Below, piece by piece: positions 9,556 to 20,159 of a DNA stretch of 64,000 nt. Under the pieces are notes generated by a model. It saw nothing but the letters and a program-made list of their open reading frames with translations. It did no database searches and was not told the origin of the DNA. The stretch spans positions 2,784,001 through 2,848,000 of the forward strand of contig OZ253564.1 of assembly GCA_965262915.1 (NCBI GenBank), written 5' to 3'. Source of the DNA: Candidatus Spongiisociaceae bacterium (GTDB lineage Bacteria > Actinomycetota > Acidimicrobiia > Spongiisociales > Spongiisociaceae). Position numbers and translations under genes: made by a program. Within the stretch, counting starts at the first letter, position 1, and the number at the start of each line of letters is the position of its first letter.

Positions 9556-10853
9556 GTACCGTCGAATTGGTTACACACCGCGTCAGCGATGTTCGATTCG
9601 GCAAGAAGACCCGGGTTTCGAATGGAGAGCTGGTGGTCTCGAAGACAGAGCTGTCGGATTTCCTGGAGAGGGACCCTCGCATCCCCGACCTGACGCTTCA
9701 CATTGCTCGCCCCGGCGACAGCACCCGTATCAATGGGATCCTCGACGTGATCGAGCCGCGCAGTAAGGACCCGGACAACTCCCACACAACCTTTCCGGGC
9801 ATCGGCACCGACTCGGTCTCCATCGGGGTGGGCCGTACTCACGCAGTGCGCGGGGTCACTGTTATGCCTGTCGGCCGCCTACCCGATGGGCGAGAGACGT
9901 TCGTGCAGGAGGACTCTCTCATTGATATGGCGGGCCCCGGCGCTCGGTACTCGCCGTTCTCGACTGTCCCGCACCTCGTTGTCGAATTCGCTGACGTTCT
10001 GGACGGGAATGACGGGGACTATGTGGCGGTAAGGCGTCTTGCGGCTATCCGTATAGCCCGGTTCCTTGCAGCACGAGCGGTGGGTGCCGAGTCGAGAGAT
10101 GTCGAGGTCTTCGCGCGACACGATCCGGATCACGACATCCACGATGAAACTGACCGCGGTGATAACGACCGGGATTCGATCCGCGTCGCCTACGTATGCT
10201 CCTTGATCTCGGAGGGGCCGCTCCACGACACGATGCTGTACGGCCAATCGACGGAGTGCCTTCAGCCCCGCTGGATCACCGTGCCAGAGCTCGTTGACGG
10301 TGCCCTGGTCAGCTCCGATTTCCATTTCTCCTGCCAGCGGACCCCCACGGTGCTGTATCAGCGCAACCCGGTTGTGGAGGCGATCAGGAATAGGCCTGAG
10401 TTGGTGCTCGACGGCGTGATCCTGACCCTGCGGTATGGATCTCACTCCGAAAAGCGCCAGGCAGCAGCCCGAATTGTCGAGATGTTGGTAGAACGGAAGG
10501 TCGATGGGGTGGTGACTCATCCAGCAGTTGGCGGTAACGCGCACATCGACGCTCTCAATATCGTCCAGGAATGTGAGAAGGCCGGCATAGTAACTGCTCT
10601 CATACTGCAGGAAATGGCGGGAGACAACGGCGGCGATCCGGGCCTGGTCGACTCGGTACCGGAGGCGGATCTGATGGTTAGCTCCGGGAACCGCGATCAG
10701 CTTGTCGATCTGCCGGAAGTGATACGCACACTGGGCCCGGATCGACTGCGAGATGGGACTCCTACGAAGGGACCGTTGCGACTATCACTCCGGCGCTACC
10801 TCTGCAGCACGAGCCAGGTCGGAGCGCACCGCATGACTGCAACCGAGGCGTGA
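9537..10853 (+). CDS. Glycine/sarcosine/betaine reductase component B alpha/beta-like subunit, paralog 2
   Basis: IARPGDSTRINGILDVIEPR, IDMAGPGARYSPFS, DGALVS, GGNAHID, MVSSGN. Confidence 0.87.
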   Translation: MGNIRLSTVELVTHRVSDVRFGKKTRVSNGELVVSKTELSDFLERDPRIPDLTLHIARPGDSTRINGILDVIEPRSKDPDNSHTTFPGIGTDSVSIGVGRTHAVRGVTVMPVGRLPDGRETFVQEDSLIDMAGPGARYSPFSTVPHLVVEFADVLDGNDGDYVAVRRLAAIRIARFLAARAVGAESRDVEVFARHDPDHDIHDETDRGDNDRDSIRVAYVCSLISEGPLHDTMLYGQSTECLQPRWITVPELVDGALVSSDFHFSCQRTPTVLYQRNPVVEAIRNRPELVLDGVILTLRYGSHSEKRQAAARIVEMLVERKVDGVVTHPAVGGNAHIDALNIVQECEKAGIVTALILQEMAGDNGGDPGLVDSVPEADLMVSSGNRDQLVDLPEVIRTLGPDRLRDGTPTKGPLRLSLRRYLCSTSQVGAHRMTATEA

Positions 10854-11072
10854 CAAGGAGCATTCCACCCAACCCACTTCTCGGCGAGGATCATCCTGAC
10901 CATGTCCCGTAGTACCGGACTGCCGGCGAGGTCGCCGGATCCTGGCACATTGGTCCGGATCCCACCTTTCCGAGTCGAAGTCCGCCCGCGAGATCCCGCG
11001 TCGTCCCGAGTGAGACAACGAGAAAGGGAGTTGGCTAGGTCTGGCGCCAATACCAATACGAATCTCCCTCAC

Positions 11073-11192
11073 CACCGCATCGCATACTCCAGTTACCAGG
11101 ACGACGGCGAACTCTACGACTGGGAGATTTGCATCCTCGATCTGGACACCGGTGTCGAACAACAAATCACCAATAACGTCGGCGGCGACTGG
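11073..11192 (+). pseudogene. Fragment of TolB/PD40-type beta-propeller repeat protein
   Basis: RIAYSSYQDDGELYDWEICILDLDTGVEQQITNN resembles a PD40 blade; flanks are not protein-like. Confidence 0.4.
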
Positions 11193-11568
11193 CGTGGTCT
11201 CCTTAGCCAAGAGCGGCTCGGGCTTCCATGCCGGGTAGGAGGTGTTGAAAGTATCATTGGCGAAGGCCACGCCGTCTGGTCCGGCGTCAGTAGCTCACGC
11301 CACTCGTTCGTCAAGTTGCTGACAATCTCGGGGGTCGTGGTGGCTTATCTGCTCGACGAGCCATCAGCTGTCGGTTCGCTACACCCCGAGCGGGACGATG
11401 CTCAACGGAAGAGACTCCCCACAGCCCGACAACCTCGAATCGAGGGGTGTCCGGGCAGGTTCCCGGCCAGCCTCCTCGACCACAGCATCGTGTAGCAATG
11501 TGTCATCGTATCCCCCGTAGCCTGGTCGCGGAGGATCAGTCTCGGGTTACCTGACTGTGGGAACGCAT

Positions 11569-11871
11569 TCAGCGGGACAGCGGTGGATTCGAACTCGCGG
11601 TCTCGATGCCGAGCAGCGAGGACCGTCTCTTGGGACGATGCTCGACTTCGACAGGGAACAGGCTCAACTGGGTGACGGAGCACACCGGGAATCCGGAACC
11701 GTTCTGGTCGGCTGACCTGAAATCGCCGACCCTGCCGAACAGCGGGGTGTGAGGGCGGGACGTGTCGGCCTTGTCGCCGATGGTTTCCGAGAGTCCCTTC
11801 TCGATGTTCCATACCGCCATCTCCTTCATCCGATGGCGGTGATCAGCGAATAGCGGACCGAACCGGAGCAT
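11569..11871 (-). pseudogene. Degraded amidase C-terminal fragment
   Basis: FGPLFADHRHRMKEMAVWNIEKGL...LFGRVGDF...VTQLSLFPVEVEH resembles amidase C-terminal region. Confidence 0.45.
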
Positions 11872-12048
11872 TCCGACCCGGGTAAGGTTCCTCTACCTGG
11901 CGGCTGTGATCGATGTCTGGTCAAGGCGGGTAGTGGGATGGTCCGTACGCAGCGATCTGACCACACCGGCCCGACCAGCCTACAAACACGCCCAACAGCA
12001 AAGGTGTCCAGCCGATGGGGGCATGCCAGTGCCACAGTGAGAGGTCGG

Positions 12049-14679
12049 ATGAGCAAGAAGTACGTTTTCAGTTTCGATGAGGCCGATCCCAGGGACAATG
12101 ATCTACTGGGAGGCAAGGGCGCCGGGTTGGCCCGGATGGTCGAGATGGGTTTGGCCGTGCCCCCCGGGTTCACCATCACCACCGCCGCGTGCCGTTCCTT
12201 CTTGGAAGGAGGTCGGGTTCCTCCGAAGCTCTGGTCGCAGGTGGAAGCCGCTCTGACGAGGATCGAGGACCGGACCGGACGGCGCTTGGGAGGAATGGGA
12301 GGGGCTCCGCTTCTGCTGTCGGCCCGCTCTGGCGCCAAGTTCTCCATGCCGGGCATGATGGATACTGTGCTCAACCTTGGCGCTAACCACGCAGTCGTCT
12401 CCGAGTTGACGATGTGGTCCGGTGATGCCCGCTTCGCCTGGGATGCCTACCGACGGATGATCCAGACCTACGGGGATGTTGTGCTGGGGGCAGAGAGAGA
12501 TGATTTCGAAGCGGTGATGAGCAGTCTCCGGGGTCGGAGGAACGTGACAGAAGACTCCCGACTCCCCACGTCCGACCTCGTTGAGGCCGTTCGGAGGTTT
12601 CGTGTGATTCTGGCAGCCCAGCATCAAGAGGTTCCCGCTGATCCCATGGAACAGTTGCGGACATCAATTCAAGCCGTCTTCGAGTCCTGGAATTCGCCGC
12701 GTGCGTACAGTTACCGCCGCCTCAACGGCATTGCCCACGATCTGGGAACAGCCTGCAACATCCAGATGATGGTCTTTGGAAATCTCGGCGGCGACTCGGG
12801 CACCGGAGTGTATTTCACTCGCGACCCGGCTACCGGCAAGAGAGAAATGTTCGGGGACTATCTGGCCAATGCCCAGGGTGAGGACGTAGTGGCGGGGATT
12901 CGCCAGACATCTCCCATCTCTTCTCTCGCCGAGGTTCACCCCGCGGCGCACCAGGAGTTGAGAGCAGTAGGAGACTCCTTGGAGTCTGTGTATTCGGATA
13001 TGTGTGACATCGAGTTCACCATCGAGAAGGGAAAGCTCTGGATACTGCAGACGCGGGTCGGTAAACGTTCCGGGGCGGCGGCGGTAAGAGCAGCGGTGGA
13101 GATGGTGGGGGAAGGTTTGATCGACCGGAAGACGGCCTTGATGAGGGTCGAGCCCACCCAGTTGGAACAATTGCTCGTTCCCGGGGTAAACGAGGAGAAA
13201 TCTCCTCCTCCGGCGTTCTTCGGATTGGAGGCGTCTCCCGGTGCCGCTACGGGAAGGGCTGTTTTCGATGTTCCCAAGGCGGTGGAATGGGCCGCTCAGG
13301 GCATTCCGGTGATACTGGTTCGGTGGGAGACGACCCCCGACGACATCGACGGGATGTTCGCCTCCCAAGGGATCCTCACCAGCCACGGTGGTAAGACCAG
13401 CCACGCGGCGGTTGTGGCCCGGGCCATGGGGACTCCGGCAGTCACCGGCGCCGCGGAGGTGACGATAAACGCGCAAAGGGGATTCTTCACCGCGCCGGAT
13501 GGTGTCCGGGTGAACGAAGGCGAGATGATCGCTATCGACGGCACCACGGGACGGGTGTTCGTCGGCGAAGTGGAGTTGGTGGCGCCATCTCCACCTGCAG
13601 AGTTGACGACGCTGCTGGAATGGGCCGACGAAACCCGACGCCTGGGAATATGGGCGAATGCCGACACGGGCGAGGAGGCTGCCCGCGCCGCCGAACTTGG
13701 CGCCGAAGGCATAGGGCTTGCCAGAACCGAGCACATGTTCATGGGTGACAGGTTGCCGGTGGTGCGACGCATCATCATGGACGAGGAACCCCGGGCTGCC
13801 TTGAGCAAGCTGCAAGAGTTGCAGGCCGATGACTTCACGGGTCTGCTGGAAGCCATGGACGGTAAGCCCGTGGTGGTCCGGTTACTCGATCCTCCTCTCC
13901 ATGAGTTTCTACCGGATCGCTGGGACCTTCGTCACCAGTACGACGAACTGTGCAGGAGGGGCGAATCCACGGCCGAGGTGGAGCGAATGATGGAGGTTGT
14001 CAGGAGTTGGGAAGAGACCAATCCGATGCTTGGCCTCCGTGGAGTTCGGCTGGGGTTGATTCGTCCCTCCCTCTACCGGGTACAGATCCGGGCGGCGCTG
14101 CAGGCCATTCGACGCCGCTTGGAGGCAGGGGGCAATCCGATGTTGGAGATCATGGTTCCCTTGGTAGTCGGTCCCGAAGAAATGGAGAGGGTGGCAGTGA
14201 TGCTCGCCGAAGAGCAAGCGGCCTTCGGCGTTGATCGTAAGGTGAAGTTGGGTAACATGGTGGAGATCCCCCGCGCCGCTCTGCTGGCGGGAGAATTGGC
14301 CCGCATCTCGGAGTTCTTCTCGTTCGGCACGAACGATCTCACGCAAACCACCTTCGGTATGAGTCGCGACGACGCGGAAGCTCGCTTCCTCAACACCTAC
14401 CTGGCCGACGGCATCCTGTCACAGAACCCCTTCCAGTCACTGGATGAAGACGGTGTCGGACAGTTGGTGAAGTGGGCTACGGAGCGAGGAAGAGCGGCTC
14501 GGGCGGATCTGACTCTGGGACTGTGCGGTGAGCACGGGGGGGACCCCGACAGCATTGACTTCTGCCACCGGGTGGGCCTCGACTACGTCTCCATGAGTCC
14601 CCCCCGAATACCTGGCGCCCGTCTCGCCGCTGCCCAAGCGGCAATCCGCAACCGCACCGATTCTGCTGGGGAATCCTGA
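12049..14679 (+). CDS. ppdK: Pyruvate, phosphate dikinase
   Basis: LLGGKGAGL, SMPGMMDTVLNLG, GGKTSHAAVVAR (phospho-His), GLARTEHMF, FSFGTNDLTQ, GLCGEHGG. Confidence 0.97.
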   Translation: MSKKYVFSFDEADPRDNDLLGGKGAGLARMVEMGLAVPPGFTITTAACRSFLEGGRVPPKLWSQVEAALTRIEDRTGRRLGGMGGAPLLLSARSGAKFSMPGMMDTVLNLGANHAVVSELTMWSGDARFAWDAYRRMIQTYGDVVLGAERDDFEAVMSSLRGRRNVTEDSRLPTSDLVEAVRRFRVILAAQHQEVPADPMEQLRTSIQAVFESWNSPRAYSYRRLNGIAHDLGTACNIQMMVFGNLGGDSGTGVYFTRDPATGKREMFGDYLANAQGEDVVAGIRQTSPISSLAEVHPAAHQELRAVGDSLESVYSDMCDIEFTIEKGKLWILQTRVGKRSGAAAVRAAVEMVGEGLIDRKTALMRVEPTQLEQLLVPGVNEEKSPPPAFFGLEASPGAATGRAVFDVPKAVEWAAQGIPVILVRWETTPDDIDGMFASQGILTSHGGKTSHAAVVARAMGTPAVTGAAEVTINAQRGFFTAPDGVRVNEGEMIAIDGTTGRVFVGEVELVAPSPPAELTTLLEWADETRRLGIWANADTGEEAARAAELGAEGIGLARTEHMFMGDRLPVVRRIIMDEEPRAALSKLQELQADDFTGLLEAMDGKPVVVRLLDPPLHEFLPDRWDLRHQYDELCRRGESTAEVERMMEVVRSWEETNPMLGLRGVRLGLIRPSLYRVQIRAALQAIRRRLEAGGNPMLEIMVPLVVGPEEMERVAVMLAEEQAAFGVDRKVKLGNMVEIPRAALLAGELARISEFFSFGTNDLTQTTFGMSRDDAEARFLNTYLADGILSQNPFQSLDEDGVGQLVKWATERGRAARADLTLGLCGEHGGDPDSIDFCHRVGLDYVSMSPPRIPGARLAAAQAAIRNRTDSAGES

Positions 14680-14898
14680 GACGTGGCTGTAGTCCGGCTG
14701 AGTGGTGGGAGCGCGCCGCGGACGCTGTTACCCACATCCTGGACGTGACCCCGACCCCCAACCCTCCTACCGGAGGCAGTTGCCCGGCACTAGCAGGGAG
14801 CGGCCTATTCGCGGTCGGGTCTGCGATACCTGCGAAATGTGATACACGGTGTTCGGGGAGCATCGTTTCTGTCAGGTCCGGATGATGGTGGCGGGGTT

Positions 14899-15415
14899 AT
14901 GACTCCCAAGTTGTGGCTGATCGGGATGATGAGGTTCGGGGAAGACCAAGGTGGGGCGGAGGCTCTCCGATCACAGCGGCCTTCCCTTTGTGGATGTGGA
15001 CGACGAGATCGTGGAGCGGGCAGGGATGACCATTCCTCAGATCTTCGCCAACCGCGGTGAGCCGGCATTTCGGGCGATGGAATCCGAAGAGGTGGCTCGC
15101 ATCGCCAGGAGTCGGCAACGGCTGGTGGTGGCCACCGGCGGGGGTGCGATCCTCGACGGAACGAGCCGCCGCCTGATGCGAGAGACCGGATTAGTGGTAT
15201 GGCTGAAACCCTCCATCGCTTCCCTCATCGCCAAAGGCAAGCCCCACAACCGCCCCCTCCTGCAGGGCCATGCCGACCTGGGAGCGCGTTACACCGAGAT
15301 CTGGGAGGCCCGCAAACACCTGTATCAGGAAGCCACCCACCTCACCATTCCAATGGACGGAAAGACCCGGAAACTGGTAGCCGAGGAAGTCTGGAGACTC
15401 TGGAAAGCATCCTGA
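14899..15415 (+). pseudogene. aroK: Shikimate kinase with +1 frameshift in the P-loop (or sequencing error)
   Basis: MTPKLWLIGMM, extra A at 14932; removing it gives GMMGSGKTKVGRRL; downstream FVDVD, GEPAFR, ATGGG, RPLL. Confidence 0.85.
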
Positions 15416-15562
15416 ACGGGGACCGGTGCGACATACCCGTCGCGGACGGATAACCGTCTCCGCTCCCCTCCGCCAGGGTTACTCCCAGCCTTCGAATTCT
15501 CCTGGGCAAACTCGAACGCTTGGAGGGCTGACGGCCCCCGGGTCTACGCTCCGCCCTCCTAG

Positions 15563-17302
15563 GAGCCTGCTGATTTAGGGGTAGGTGGGGTGGCTGTGTT
15601 GGTGTGTTGGGGGGTGGTGTGTGTGCTGGATTGGGATTTCGGGGGTGGTTTCGGGGGGTTTGGTGGCCGTTTTGGGGGTGGTGGGCCGGTCCGGGGGCGG
15701 TTGGTTTTGGTTTAGGTGGTGGTGAGCGTCCAGCCGCTGGTTGTGTGGGCCACGTCGAGGTTGATGAGCCGTTGTAGGTTGATGGCTGCTGTTCTGGTGG
15801 TGAACCACATTTGGTTGGCTTTGGTTCCTTGGTATGGGACGTGTCGGGCTTTGCCGCGGGTGAGCCAGGCGATGCTCCGTTCGACGGGTGGCCGGTATCG
15901 GCGGTAGGTGGTTTTGGTTTCGTCGTCTGCCCAGCGGGCTTTGTTGGCGGCTCGTAGGTCGTGGTATTTGTCGACGACGATGGTGCGTCCTTTCTTGGCG
16001 GTGGTGCACCGGGCCCGTTTGGGGCAGTCTTTGCATCGCTTGGCGAAGGGGGCGGTACCGCCGGGGCGGATGCGGGCGGTGTGCCCGACGGGACAGGTCA
16101 CGGTTCTGGCTTTGGTGTCGATGTCGAAGTCGTCGCGGTGGTAGCCGTTTTCGATGTGGGGTTTGCGGACGATGGGTTTGGTGATGGGGGTGAGGTTGTT
16201 TTGGTCGAAGGTTTCGAGGGCGGGACCGGACCCATACGCCGAGTCGGCAATAACCTCGCTGTCGGGGGCCTGGTCGGCAACGAGGTCGGCAACCAGGTCG
16301 GCGTCGGGGGTGTTGGCCCCAGTTATCTTCGCGGCGGTGACCAGCCCGGTTTCGGGCTCCGCGGCTATATGCGCCTTGTAACCGTCCCGTTTGTGCGCCC
16401 GGGTCTTGTGACCATGCCGGGCGTCGGGGTCCACCGTGGATATGGTCCGGTCCTTGGCCACACGCCAGCGGCCCTCCCGCTCCGGATCGGCTTCCACGTC
16501 CTGGCCCGCCACCACACCCAACAGTCCCACAGCGTCGGCCTGCTCGCCGCTCAACTTCGCATCCTCGACCGCTGCGATGACCGCCAACGCGTCGGACACC
16601 AGCCCGTTGATCAGCTCAGAGCGGCTTTCGGGATCGGACCAGTCGCAGGACGGTTTCGCCCTCGAGTCGTAATCGTGAGCTACCAGCACCAGATCGGCCG
16701 CCTGCGGTATCAGACGACGGCAACGCCGTATCTGCGATGAGATCATTGTTACCGTGTCCTGGGTAGCTACCGCGTCGTCCAAGATGGTGGAATCCAGAGC
16801 ACGACGGTCCTTGCCTGCCAACACCCCACACTCGTCTATCACCCGCCGTACCGCGTCGAAGATACGCTCGGGACGGTCACTGGCCCGGAGTCTTGCCCGC
16901 CACAGGGTAAGCACCGTCGGGTGGAATCCCCCGTCGCTCAGCGACAGACCCGCCGCCGCTTTCCACGCTATATCACGCCGCAGACTCTGGATCGCTTCTC
17001 TATCCGACAGTCCCTCGAGCGCTTGGAGGACCATCACCACGGCGATCACCGGCCCCGGCACAGACGGGCGACCCCGCCCACTCCCGAACAGATCCGCGAA
17101 CATCTCGTCAGGGAACAGGCGGCGGCGGTTCTCGGCCAAGAACCGGTACACCGACCCCACAGGAACCAGATGCCACAGATCTGTCGTGTCCAAAAACTCA
17201 CGGTCAAAACTCTCAAAACCCTGCATAACCCCTACACTAATACCAACAAACCCAAAACGCGAACACCCCAAACCCCGATACAGCGATTAAATCAGCAGTC
17301 TC
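15563..17302 (-). mobile_element. IS1182-family insertion sequence
   Basis: IRs GAGCCTGCTGATTTA / TAAATCAGCAGTCTC (14/15); CTAG direct repeats 15559-62 and 17303-06. Confidence 0.9.
15712..17226 (-). CDS. IS1182-family transposase
   Basis: GRPSVP, LQALEGLSDREA, ALDST, STVDPDARHG, ADSAYG, YRRYRPPVER. Confidence 0.9.
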   Translation of the reverse strand: MQGFESFDREFLDTTDLWHLVPVGSVYRFLAENRRRLFPDEMFADLFGSGRGRPSVPGPVIAVVMVLQALEGLSDREAIQSLRRDIAWKAAAGLSLSDGGFHPTVLTLWRARLRASDRPERIFDAVRRVIDECGVLAGKDRRALDSTILDDAVATQDTVTMISSQIRRCRRLIPQAADLVLVAHDYDSRAKPSCDWSDPESRSELINGLVSDALAVIAAVEDAKLSGEQADAVGLLGVVAGQDVEADPEREGRWRVAKDRTISTVDPDARHGHKTRAHKRDGYKAHIAAEPETGLVTAAKITGANTPDADLVADLVADQAPDSEVIADSAYGSGPALETFDQNNLTPITKPIVRKPHIENGYHRDDFDIDTKARTVTCPVGHTARIRPGGTAPFAKRCKDCPKRARCTTAKKGRTIVVDKYHDLRAANKARWADDETKTTYRRYRPPVERSIAWLTRGKARHVPYQGTKANQMWFTTRTAAINLQRLINLDVAHTTSGWTLTTT

Positions 17303-17729
17303 CTAGCCGCTGTTCGGCGGTTCCTGGGCTTGCTCGAACTGAAGCGGTTAGACCTCCCCGGACGCGGACTGCTTCTCCCGGTCGCTTGAACCGGCTTCAT
17401 GGGGTTTTTGGGTGATCGCCATCACTCGGGGACCAGGATGGCGGTGTCGGCGGAGTAGGTGACATCCCCGGCCTTGGCGATCCACTCCCGGATGCTGGGT
17501 AGGTGCCAGTCACCGAAGCCGATGCCGACGGGCGGATCGTCGGGGAGGCCGTAGACCTGGCACGCCTGTGGGCGCAGGTACCACCAGCCGTCACTAGCTT
17601 CTCGATAGAGTTACTGGTGTTCTCGGCGAAGCGAACCTGGCGAGCGGAGGCTGTCATACCCACGAGGATTGTGTGTGGATCGTCCTCGAATTGGTACGAG
17701 ATGCGAGCGGATTCCCACGACGCGACTAG

Positions 17730-18557
17730 GGCGTGTTCACCTAAAGTTACACTGATGTGATATCATTACGATATGACAATAACACAAGAACAATACCAAC
17801 TCATAGTAGACGTGTTCCCGAAACCCCGCGGTACCGTCAAGGTATCCAACCTCCAAGCCCTCAACGGCATCCTGTACGTACTGGAGCACGGCTGCAAGTG
17901 GCGGGCGCTTCCCGAACGGTTCGGGAACTGGCACACCGTTTACATGCGGATGAGCCGCTGGGCGGCCAGCGGCGTCTTGGACCGGGTGTTCCAGCGTCTA
18001 CAGCAGGAACAGCTCATCGACCTCGAAGTTCTGGGCCTGGACAGCACGTCGGTCAAGGTTCATCCCGACGGCTGTGGTGCTCTCCGAAAGCGGGGTCCCC
18101 AGGCCATCGGTCGCTCCCGGGGAGGGTTGAACACCAAGATCCACATGGTCGCGGCCAGCGCTTGTAGCGCCGTCTTATTCGCTCTTTCCCCAGGTCAGGA
18201 CCATGATGCTCCCCATGGGCGGGAGCTCCTCAAAAAGATGGGCCCACGAAAAAAGGAGCAGGAAGGGGAGCAGCTAGAGCTGTTCCTGGTAGCGGACCGC
18301 GCCTATGAAGGGGACGAAACACGGCAACTGGCCGTCGCTCTGGGCTACACGCCGGTCATCCCACCCCGAAGCAACCGCCGCCACCCGTGGGACTACAACC
18401 GTCCGATATACAAGCGACGGAACGAGGTCGAACGGCTCTTCCGACGGCTCAAAGGCTACCGGCGTGTCTTCACCCGCTACGACAAACTCGACGTGATGTT
18501 CCTAGCATTCATCACCCTCGCGCTCATACACGACACGCTCAGAAACGTGAACACGCC
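17730..18557 (+). mobile_element. IS5-family insertion sequence
   Basis: Perfect IRs GGCGTGTTCAC / GTGAACACGCC flanked by CTAG on both sides. Confidence 0.9.
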
Positions 18558-18561
18558 CTAG
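17773..18561 (+). CDS. IS5-family transposase (single ORF)
   Basis: GCKWRALPERFGNW, LDSTSVKVH, GRSRGGLNTKIH, ADRAY, RNEVERLF, TRYDK; stop TAG lies in the target duplication. Confidence 0.92.
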   Translation: MTITQEQYQLIVDVFPKPRGTVKVSNLQALNGILYVLEHGCKWRALPERFGNWHTVYMRMSRWAASGVLDRVFQRLQQEQLIDLEVLGLDSTSVKVHPDGCGALRKRGPQAIGRSRGGLNTKIHMVAASACSAVLFALSPGQDHDAPHGRELLKKMGPRKKEQEGEQLELFLVADRAYEGDETRQLAVALGYTPVIPPRSNRRHPWDYNRPIYKRRNEVERLFRRLKGYRRVFTRYDKLDVMFLAFITLALIHDTLRNVNTP

Positions 18562-18676
18562 TGGGATCGAAGTACAGATACTCCCGTTAAGACCAAATGG
18601 GGATTGCATCGAATAGTGCCAACCGCTCGCCAGGACCGGTTTTGGTGTCACACCTCTCTATCCGTGCCGCGCCCCT

Positions 18677-19831
18677 CTAGCGGCGGAGCAGTTGCTTGAG
18701 CCGCCGAACGGCAGGCGTCCACAGCCACTCGGGCTCGGTAAACCGGCGATGGTTCTCGCCGGGCAACCCCATGGGGTCGTAGTAGCTCTTGTCGGAGTTC
18801 TTGCGCAGGTCGTTCGTTCGCTTCAGCACCCGCAAGTTGGCATAGACCGTCCCCTTGTGGGTCCAGCCCTGCCGCAGGTAGTTCCAGTTGTCGGGCGCCA
18901 GGTGCTGCGCCGCGGTGAAATGCCGCCATGCACGCTCGTTGTCGCCCACCGCCTCGAAGTGCAACGCCAGCTTGAACGTCGCTTCTGCCAGCAGCGTGTC
19001 GTCGTCGACGGGTTTGAGCCGCTCGGCTAGTTCTTTGCTCGACCAGACGTGCTCGCTGTCGGCTCCCCGCTCGATCCAGTCGCGAGTCGCCTGGGCAAAT
19101 GCGTTGTCGCCGACGCGAACCTTGCCGACGCCGAACCTGATGGTGGTCTTAGCCGGGTACACCCCTTCGTTGCTGCGAACGATGCGCCCGTCCTCGTCGA
19201 TCCACGCGGCCGACGGCACGGCCACCCAGCCGAACAGCGAGCTGATCTGGTGTGTCGGGTCCACGACGCACCGGTAGGTCGGCGAGGCCCGGTCAAACCA
19301 CTTGCCCGCAGCCTCGAGGCCCCCCGAGTCCTGCGCCACGCTGATCAGCTCGAACCGGTCCGGACCGATGGATTCGTACAGATCCTGCCAGGCCGGCAGG
19401 CTGATGCGGCATCCTCACCACGATGACCAGGTGAACAGCACAACCTTGCGGCCACGTAAGTCCGACAGCCTCAACGTGTTGCCGTTGCGCTCGGTCACCT
19501 CGAAGTCGGGGGCAATTGCGGATTCCAGCCCGACGCGACGGACTTCGGGCACCGAGCCGAGGCTCCACACGTCGCCGTCGCGCACGTACTTCTGGCCGAT
19601 CATGTCCGCGAAGTCCGAGTAGCAGAACCACACCCAGCCGTCGGCGTCGGCGATCCACGCTTCACGCTTGTTCGCCGGCAGCGGCAGGCACAGCTCGCCC
19701 AGGCACGCGCCTTGCGGCTTCATCTGCCAGCCGGTGGCGCCAGGCAGTTCGTCGATTCGCACCCACAGAGCCCCCGTGGCGTCGGTCCGCTGGGTGACCT
19801 CGTTCGTCTTGCCGTTAGCGAGGATGATCAT
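18677..19831 (-). CDS. Thioredoxin-fold (TlpA/ResA/peroxiredoxin-like) selenoprotein, Sec at in-frame TGA 19417-19415
   Basis: ORFs 19415-19897 and 18677-19339 are in the same frame; read-through gives APDF...[31 protein letters not shown]...ISVAQD. Confidence 0.88.
19384..19400 (-). promoter_or_regulatory. Candidate SECIS element
   Basis: mRNA CCUGCC-GGCCU-GGCAGG hairpin 14 nt downstream of the UGA, loop starts with G. Confidence 0.65.
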
Positions 19832-20159
19832 GATTGCTCCGCGAGAGCCGATTCGCCCGGCTAGGTAAGCGCTTCGCTGTGCGTTATGCCCGAGCATTAC
19901 TGACCGTAGTGCCCACAGGCGACGAAGGCCAGTACGCCGACGGACCGGTCACGACGAACAGCATGGGGCTGGCGCGAAATCATCGAAAGCCGAGGTCAGC
20001 GGCTCGGACCATGAGGGGCTCAGAACGGATCTCACGCGATCCTGGAACGTCTTCTTGGCTGAGGAGCGCAAAAGCACAGGTCAGGGGCATGAACAGCACA
20101 TAGGCTCAGCCGTGCGCATACACGTCGAGCGTCTCTGGATCGCCGTCATGAATGGCTCG

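Noticed and set aside
17307-17725. Sequence between IS1182 and IS5
   Set aside because: No supportable gene call; likely a decayed fragment
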